Source of the DNA: Pyrobaculum aerophilum str. IM2
GTDB lineage: Archaea; Thermoproteota; Thermoprotei; Thermoproteales; Thermoproteaceae
Reading direction: 5' to 3'
DNA length: 32,000 nucleotides
NCBI RefSeq assembly: GCF_000007225.1
Contig: NC_003364.1
Location: 1,800,001-1,832,000, forward strand
Under the pieces are notes generated by a model. That model was not told where the DNA came from, ran no database searches, and worked only from the letters and a program-made list of their open reading frames with translations. Positions within the stretch are counted from its first letter, which is position 1; every line of letters begins with the position of its first letter. Both the position numbers and the translations under genes were made by a program. This document shows positions 26,870 through 32,000 of this stretch, piece by piece.

Positions 26870-27133
26870 CTATTCCTCACAGATTTTCATACCTCTGCCA
26901 AAACACTCCACTTCCAAGGCCTCAACGGCCTTGGCGTAGGCTCCGTCCGTAATACGGATTTCATAACGCTTTGCGCCCTTAGTGGCGGCTGTGAAGTGCT
27001 TGCCCTCTTTGAGGCCTTTCGCCTTGAGGGTCTCTACAGCTACGTCTTTTGAGAGATCTCTTCTAGGCCTGTACTCACTTGTCTCAACACCTTTACGTCT
27101 CTCGTCCGCCACGGAGAACTTTATGCCTGCCAA
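26870..27133 (-). CDS. Hypothetical protein (possibly the surviving C-terminal part of a decayed larger gene)
   Basis: 87-aa ORF (TTG start) with protein-like composition (...KAKGLKEGKHFTAATKGAKRYEIRITDGAYAKAVEALE...). Its frame stays open upstream to a TGA. Coding-like sequence continues upstream in another frame. Confidence 0.4.
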   Translation of the reverse strand: MAGIKFSVADERRKGVETSEYRPRRDLSKDVAVETLKAKGLKEGKHFTAATKGAKRYEIRITDGAYAKAVEALEVECFGRGMKICEE

Positions 27134-27540
27134 TTCCGCGACATTCGGCTCAGCGTTTATTTCGATCTCTCTTCTTGTTAATCAGCCCCTTGCTGTGTAG
27201 CTCGTCTATAGCCCCTCGCCGCTTTAAGCCGCCCGTCGTGGCAGATAGCCGCAACGCCGCCATTAGCCCTTATCACCTCGTTGGCGACGGCTGAACGTGT
27301 TTGCGAATTCTGCCAGTGCGTCTCTCTCACTTCGTACAGTGCGGGTAGCGCCTGCGTTACCGCCTTCAGCTAGCCGTTCAGCTCGGCGCCTCTGAAGACA
27401 GCGCTGTGCGCGCTTCTGTCACTGCACAACGCGCTGGGTTTGAGGCCTAGCTCTCTCAGCGCCAAGAGCCAAAATGCGGTAAAGCGGCCGCGGATCGTGA
27501 GGGGCTTTTCCTCTTGCTCGAGGTCGCCGACGTATAGCCA
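27134..27540 (-). pseudogene. Decayed coding sequence upstream of the 87-aa ORF (in-frame TAG plus a frameshift)
   Basis: Hand translation of the - strand gives ...LYVGDLEQEEKPLTIRGRFTAFWLLALRELGLKPSALCSDRSAHSAVFRGAELNG*LKAVTQALPALYEVRETHWQ...AICHDGRLKAARGY.... The text is protein-like but broken, and it joins the 87-aa ORF only through a frame change near 27170-27185. Confidence 0.3.
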
Positions 27541-27550
27541 AATTTTTAAG
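27541..27550. promoter_or_regulatory. Near-palindromic TATA box (aatttttaag) between divergent genes
   Basis: It ends 19 nt before the GTG at 27570 of the ATPase gene, which fits a leaderless start. On the other strand it faces the decayed gene. Confidence 0.5.
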
Positions 27551-27569
27551 GAGGCTGTCCTATCGCCTC

Positions 27570-28589
27570 GTGAGGAGAATTAAATCGTCTTTGGCCGTTG
27601 GCTTATCTGTCGAATTCGTAGACAGGGAGCTCGCCCTCAAGAGGGTAGAGGAGTGGGCCGACAGGGGGACTAGGCTAGTCCAAGTGGTGTACGGCCCCGA
27701 GGGATGTGGGAAATCCACGTGGCTTAAGCAATCAGCTGAACTGTTGAAAGAGCTGGGATTTCACGTAATTTACGTCAACCCCCTCCAGAGGGAGTACGCC
27801 GCTTATGTAGATGTTAAGGACGTGGCGAAGAGGCTGGCTGAGGCGGCGGCTGAGAGGAGCGGCGTCGCTGAAGTCAGGCTGGCGGATCTCGCCGTTCAAC
27901 TGGCCGCGTTTTTAATTAAGAAGAGGAGGAGGAAAATAGCCATTCTGGCAGACGACGTATTTCAGGCCATCGGCGTTGACAAAGCCGCCTCTTATGTCAA
28001 GTGGATGCTCAGCGTAATTGAACACCCGCCGGGCGAATACGAGAGAATTGTGGCCGTGGCGGCGACTAGCGAGGGGGCCACGAGGAGAGAGATAGGCAGG
28101 CACGCCTGGGCTAGTCAATACCCCATGTGGAACATGGCGAGGGACGGCTTTAACCAGCTGTACGAACAAATCCCCAGCGCCGGGCTATCAGCGGAGGAGG
28201 CGTGGAGGTGGACAGGAGGCAACCCCCGCATGTTAGGCGAGCTACACGCCGCGGGTTGGAGCGTTGAAGAGACCATAAGGCAGATAGCAGAGATGAAGAG
28301 ACTGGCGGCCTTAGCCGCGTCGCTAACCGCCGAGGAGAGAGAGTGGCTTGAGGAGGCCCTTGAAGATCCCGACGCGCTTTTTACACGGGAAAGACTACCG
28401 CTGTTAGAACGCCTGGTGGATTTAAACCTCGTGGTAGACACATTACCAGAAAGAGATGCGCGCTCCTGGATAGACACGCCCCCGCCCGAGAAAAACGGCG
28501 AGTTGGGAATAGGCAGATACGTCGCCTGGCAAACTCCCCTACACAGAGAGGCTGTGAGAAAAACCCTACGCCTGGCCAAAACCCGCTAA
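27570..28589 (+). CDS. Archaeal ATPase (Arch_ATPase / STAND-like P-loop NTPase)
   Basis: 339 aa with the N-terminal FVDRELALKRVEEW motif, Walker A YGPEGCGKST and Walker B IAILADDV, plus a helical C-terminal half. GC content is visibly higher than in the neighbouring genes. Confidence 0.75.
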   Translation: MRRIKSSLAVGLSVEFVDRELALKRVEEWADRGTRLVQVVYGPEGCGKSTWLKQSAELLKELGFHVIYVNPLQREYAAYVDVKDVAKRLAEAAAERSGVAEVRLADLAVQLAAFLIKKRRRKIAILADDVFQAIGVDKAASYVKWMLSVIEHPPGEYERIVAVAATSEGATRREIGRHAWASQYPMWNMARDGFNQLYEQIPSAGLSAEEAWRWTGGNPRMLGELHAAGWSVEETIRQIAEMKRLAALAASLTAEEREWLEEALEDPDALFTRERLPLLERLVDLNLVVDTLPERDARSWIDTPPPEKNGELGIGRYVAWQTPLHREAVRKTLRLAKTR

Positions 28590-28650
28590 AATCAGCCCCC
28601 GACACTCATTAAGTAAAGCCAAAGGCGCCGTTTAAGATAAAAGAGCTAAC

Positions 28651-28728
28651 TGGCGGGCCCGGTGGGATTCGAACCCACGACCTACGGGTTAAAAGCCCGC
28701 CGCTCTAACCGGGCTGAGCTACGGGCCC
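28651..28728 (-). tRNA. tRNA-Lys (UUU), intron-less, with genomically encoded CCA
   Basis: GGGCCCG TA GCTC AGCCCGGTTA GAGC G GCGGG CTTTTAA CCCGT AGGTC GTGGG TTCGAAT CCCAC CGGGCCC G CCA. Confidence 0.9.
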
Positions 28729-28743
28729 TGATTCAATATACAG

Positions 28744-28760
28744 ACACTTTTTAAGTCTTT
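28744..28760 (-). promoter_or_regulatory. tRNA promoter box AAAGACTTAAAAAGTGT
   Basis: It lies upstream of the tRNA-Lys(UUU) 5' end and is a variant of the shared box. Confidence 0.6.
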
Positions 28761-29176
28761 CTACGGCGATATGTTTTTAGAATCAGTGTTGCTTGCTTAT
28801 GTGACGCTTGATTATTCTGGTATTAAAACTGGCTATAGACTCGCCGGCCCTGCCGCTTATCTGGCAACGCCTTTGGGCTTTGATGTGGGGATTTGGGAGA
28901 ATGTGGAGCGCCGCTCTTTTGGCGTTGGCGGCGGGCAGAAGGTCAAACTACTAAGTTGAAAGAGTAGCGTTTTTCTGCTTACGACCTGTATTGTATTAAC
29001 ACACCCCCTTCTCCCCCTAGTCTCTGTCTCTAGAAGCGCCTTGCCCGCTACTTCTCCTCACGGCGCTGTTAACGCATTGTGAGGCCTTGTGGTTATCGCC
29101 CCTCCTTCTGGTCAATACGTATGCAGGCCCGGGGCTTCTCGAAATTCTGACTATAGACGTCATGCGCTCGGCAATT

Positions 29177-29890
29177 TTAAACGCTCGATGAATACACGCG
29201 CTTGAATTCAACGGCGTCTTCGTACATATAGACGTTGTTAAACATGACGTATGCCTCCTCGCCGTCTAGCCGTTTTATAATTGAGGCAAGCTTCTGTAAG
29301 TCCTGCGGCGTATACTTATACTTGTAGTTCACCTCCCGTCCCCCAAGTCCGTGTAGTCTGAAGTAGTAGTGCCTAGCTGCTGTGGGCTCTCTCCTCAGGG
29401 GGTCGACGACAATTATGACGCCAAGCTCTGCCACTTTTTCAATAAGCTTTAAATCGCCATAAGTCTCCCCCCTGGGCTCCCAGGCGAGCCTCCACTTCCC
29501 CATGACGGCGGTGAAGAAGTCGTATATATACGGCTCCGGCTTGAGGCTTGGGGGCGTTTGAAACACCAACACCTCGGGGCGGAGGGGCGACACTGCCTCC
29601 GCGAACTGCTCCCAGAGCTGTAAATTCTCCCGCGTGGGCTTTAACATCCCGTGGTTTTCCCCCGGCTTAAACCCCTTAGTGCGTTTAAAAGTAGGGCTGT
29701 TTGGGCTGTGGGTTATTCCCTGAAATACCTTAGCCGTGAAGCGGAACTCCGGCGCCTCGCGCCTGAGCTGCGCCATTCTCTCTGAGTTGGGCATGTTGTA
29801 AAACGTCTCTTGTAGCTCCACTGCGTCTAGCGCAGAGTATACGGCTCTGCGCGATTTGGGAAATCCGCACGTGCCCACTAACACCTGCAC
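29177..29890 (-). CDS. DUF72 (UPF0759) family protein
   Basis: 237 aa. The N-terminal VGTCGFPKSRRAVYSALDAVELQETFYNMP matches the DUF72 iGtsGW...veiN.tFY pattern. Confidence 0.75.
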   Translation of the reverse strand: MQVLVGTCGFPKSRRAVYSALDAVELQETFYNMPNSERMAQLRREAPEFRFTAKVFQGITHSPNSPTFKRTKGFKPGENHGMLKPTRENLQLWEQFAEAVSPLRPEVLVFQTPPSLKPEPYIYDFFTAVMGKWRLAWEPRGETYGDLKLIEKVAELGVIIVVDPLRREPTAARHYYFRLHGLGGREVNYKYKYTPQDLQKLASIIKRLDGEEAYVMFNNVYMYEDAVEFKRVYSSSV

Positions 29891-29928
29891 GTAGACGTAG
29901 TCTTTTTAACTTATAAGAGTAATTCCGC

Positions 29929-30282
29929 GTGGAGAAGAGGTCAATATACTCCGGCGTTCAGAGTTGTTACGCATTAGCAGAGGGGGTTTACGTAGAGGGA
30001 GGCAGAATGGACTTAGCCAAGGCGGCGGCCCACCTCTATTTACACATGAGGGATTTAGAGCGGGGCTACACCTACGACCACGAGTGTAAACGCATTAAAA
30101 TGACCCCCGAGCTCTTCGAGGCCCGGTCTAAATTTTTAGTAAAGCTTTGTAGAGAGCAAGGCGGCTCTGACTGCGACGAGATTGAGCGGCTTGTGAACTA
30201 CGTTTTAAAGAGATTTGAGCTGCCTCAGTGGGCCTTGGAGCTCGCGAACAAAAAAATTGTTAAAATATCCCGGCTTTTCTAA
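29929..30282 (+). CDS. Hypothetical protein
   Basis: 117 aa. The GTG start lies about 26 nt after the shared divergent TATA box ctttttaacttataag. No motif recognised. An alternative start is the ATG at 30007. Confidence 0.45.
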   Translation: MEKRSIYSGVQSCYALAEGVYVEGGRMDLAKAAAHLYLHMRDLERGYTYDHECKRIKMTPELFEARSKFLVKLCREQGGSDCDEIERLVNYVLKRFELPQWALELANKKIVKISRLF

Positions 30283-30312
30283 AAACTTATATACCCCCAA
30301 TCCAATGGTCCA

Positions 30313-30513
30313 ATGGGCGAGAGGAAGAAAAACGTTGAGGAAACTCTTCGGAGGCTCCCCGTCGACTTCACAGAGGAGGAGGGCGAGATCGTGGTAAGAG
30401 TGGGCAAGGGGAAGAGGCTCCCTGAGTCTCAGTTCAGGGAGACTATAAACGAGTTGAAGAAAATGGGGTTTAAGTTTGACCCCGATACTAAAACTTGGCG
30501 GAAGAAGGCCTAA
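30313..30513 (+). CDS. Small charged hypothetical protein
   Basis: 66 aa. The ATG lies about 25 nt after the TATA box aaaacttatatac. The sequence ends ...LKKMGFKFDPDTKTWRKKA. Confidence 0.5.
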   Translation: MGERKKNVEETLRRLPVDFTEEEGEIVVRVGKGKRLPESQFRETINELKKMGFKFDPDTKTWRKKA

Positions 30514-31409
30514 AGATCTACGTAAATCTCCCCGCGTTTTCCCCACCCCCTCGCCATTGCCTTTGTGTTATAGGCGTAGGCGGGCCTCCCCTTGGAGTCA
30601 ATCCCTATTATCCCAGCCGTATTTGGGCCGTACGACTCAGTCACGAACCCTATCGCCTTCTCTACTGCAACGCCTATATCGCCTGTTTTTATAAGCTCGT
30701 CGCGGGCTCTTAACGACAGAGCGGACATAATAATCACCTCCCCCACGCCTGTAGCGCTGAAGGCCCCCACTCCGTTTTCAGCCCAAAACCCAGCCCCCGG
30801 TATTGGACTATCGCCTATCCTCCCCGGCCATTTGAGCCAAACGCCCCCAGTGGAGGTAGCCGCTGCTAAATTGCCGTCTCTGTCCAACGCCACGGCGCCG
30901 ACAGTATCGCCGAAAAATTCCGCGACTCTCTTATAATGCCAATTGCCCCGCCTCGCCTCTTGCACCACCTCTTGAAACCTCTTGTTTTTCTCCTCTGTGT
31001 AAAATTTATAAGAGGCTTCTAAAAGGCCTGTTTTAGCCGCGAGGAGCCGGGCGCCCTCTCCCGATATAATGACGTGGTCTGTGTTTTCCAACACGTACCT
31101 AGCCAGCCTCACGGCGCTTTTAACACCCTCGACGGCCGCCACGGCTCCCGCTCTTTTAGAGCGCCCGTCCATAACGCCAGCGTCCATATATACTCTGCCG
31201 TCTATGGCGTAGACAGAGCCGTAGCCCGCGTTGAAGAGGCCGCTTTTCTCCATGTACTCCACCGCCGCCACAACTGCATCTAGGGCGCTCCCCCTCTCGG
31301 CCGCGAGAAGGCCCTCGCTAATGGCGGCGGCCAGCGCCTTTTTGACCTCCTGCTTGATGCGCTCTTCTACTCTCCACAGGCCAGCTCCGCCGTGGACCGC
31401 GACAATCAC
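30510..31409 (-). CDS. Isoaspartyl peptidase / plant-type L-asparaginase (Ntn hydrolase)
   Basis: 299 aa with the HGGAG N-terminus, the autoprocessing site GDTVGAVALD, and the TSTGG and GAG motifs. Confidence 0.85.
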   Translation of the reverse strand: MIVAVHGGAGLWRVEERIKQEVKKALAAAISEGLLAAERGSALDAVVAAVEYMEKSGLFNAGYGSVYAIDGRVYMDAGVMDGRSKRAGAVAAVEGVKSAVRLARYVLENTDHVIISGEGARLLAAKTGLLEASYKFYTEEKNKRFQEVVQEARRGNWHYKRVAEFFGDTVGAVALDRDGNLAAATSTGGVWLKWPGRIGDSPIPGAGFWAENGVGAFSATGVGEVIIMSALSLRARDELIKTGDIGVAVEKAIGFVTESYGPNTAGIIGIDSKGRPAYAYNTKAMARGWGKRGEIYVDL

Positions 31410-31885
31410 TGTATGAGAGAGATTTTGTCCTCCAGCTCTCGGGGCACTAGAAAGCCGGGCGAGGTGACCCTCCTCCCCGCCACGGCCACGTGGCCGTGTA
31501 CTATTAACTGCCTCGCGTGGTGTATAGACTTGGCGAGGCCCATTCTGTAGACAATTGTCTGAAGCCTCCTCTCTAATATCGCCCTTACGTCAAGCGATAG
31601 TATTCTGTCAAGCTGCACGTTGGGATCCTCTATAAAGCCCATTTTATAAAGCTTCTCTTTAAACGGCATCTCCAGAGGGGCTCTCTCCTCAGCCGTCATG
31701 GAGAGCAAAGAGCGGGCCCGCCTTGTGATCCACTTCAGCCTAGCCCTAGCCAGCCACAGCTCTTTCTTATTCCTCAGGCCGTACTCGCCCATTAGTTGCA
31801 ACTCCTCCAGCAATAACTGCTTGTTCCATATCTTCTTCGGCTTCCCCGCGAGGTATTTCTTCTTAGGCTTTTTCAAACCGCCCAT
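31406..31885 (-). CDS. rps4: 30S ribosomal protein S4 (uS4)
   Basis: 159 aa with a basic N-terminus and an S4 RNA-binding domain (RLQTIVYRMGLAKSIHHARQLIVHGHVAVAGRRV). Confidence 0.9.
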   Translation of the reverse strand: MGGLKKPKKKYLAGKPKKIWNKQLLLEELQLMGEYGLRNKKELWLARARLKWITRRARSLLSMTAEERAPLEMPFKEKLYKMGFIEDPNVQLDRILSLDVRAILERRLQTIVYRMGLAKSIHHARQLIVHGHVAVAGRRVTSPGFLVPRELEDKISLIQ

Positions 31886-31920
31886 ACCCCCGCTCTTATC
31901 TGACTATTTTATATTTTTAC

Positions 31921-32000
31921 TTACCCGCGGCCGCCTTTTTCTTCGTGACACCGGCAGTGGCGCCGAACCTACCAGTTGTGACAGTCCTCTGCCCCCTCAC
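31921..32000 (-). CDS. rps13: 30S ribosomal protein S13 (uS13), C-terminal end only
   Basis: Reverse translation gives ...VRGQRTVTTGRFGATAGVTKKKAAAG*. This is the S13 C-terminal pattern, in the expected position upstream of rps4. Confidence 0.65.

Noticed and set aside
28771-28959. 62-aa + strand ORF next to tRNA-Lys(UUU), and the 64-aa - strand ORF at 29017-29211
   Set aside because: They have no motifs. The first starts only about 18 nt from the tRNA promoter palindrome. The second is Arg-rich and overlaps the DUF72 3' end. Evidence is insufficient to call either a gene.
29056-29084. Hairpin with an anticodon-loop-like CTGTTAA (would be Asn-GUU)
   Set aside because: No T-arm (GTTCRAAT), D-arm or acceptor stem lies in the flanks on either strand, so it is not a tRNA.

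Overview
The window looks like a chromosomal segment from a hyperthermophilic crenarchaeon. It is Thermoproteales/Pyrobaculum-like. The evidence is leaderless genes placed about 25 nt after TATA boxes, intron-containing tRNAs including one non-canonical intron, an Elf1 homologue, and heavy use of GTG/TTG starts. The species call is inference only.

Positions 1-18.7 kb are densely packed core genes:
- an NTP-transferase and glmS;
- a DHH phosphoesterase and the oligosaccharyltransferase AglB;
- a translation block (rpl44e-rps27e-aIF2alpha-nop10);
- a replication block (GINS-like, PriS, PCNA);
- TFS, rps19e, a PDCD5-like DNA-binding protein and an interrupted rpl39e;
- GGGP synthase overlapping Elf1, then MoeA and a phosphoribosyltransferase;
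- a block of poorly characterised genes (329-aa Cys-rich protein, SWIM protein, IMPase, KaiC-like ATPase, TRAM protein).

Positions 19.1-28.8 kb are tRNA-rich and partly accessory. They hold five tRNAs: Val-GAC, Lys-CUU, Val-UAC, Pro-UGG and Lys-UUU. Three carry introns, and all share a conserved promoter box. Between them lie a low-GC islet with a wHTH gene, a TrkA-C-type anion permease, an ABC-2 exporter operon, a HAD hydrolase, an orphan tRNA-like fragment, a decayed gene and an archaeal STAND-like ATPase.

The right end carries a DUF72 gene, two small ORFs, a plant-type asparaginase, rps4 and the end of rps13. No CRISPR array, rRNA or intact transposase/integrase was seen.

Most interesting leads:
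1. Paralogous decayed sequence downstream of both tRNA-Val genes, including a short ORF that reads antisense into tRNA-Val(UAC). This resembles the split-integrase arrangement of SSV-type integrated elements.
2. An orphan tRNA 3'-half-like element, next to a candidate small-RNA unit with its own TATA box and hairpin/oligo-T terminator (26.55-26.78 kb).
3. rpl39e, which needs a +1 frame change across an in-frame TAG.
4. An archaeal protein with YqgF/RuvX-like nuclease motifs.

All product calls come from motif recognition by eye, not from database searches.
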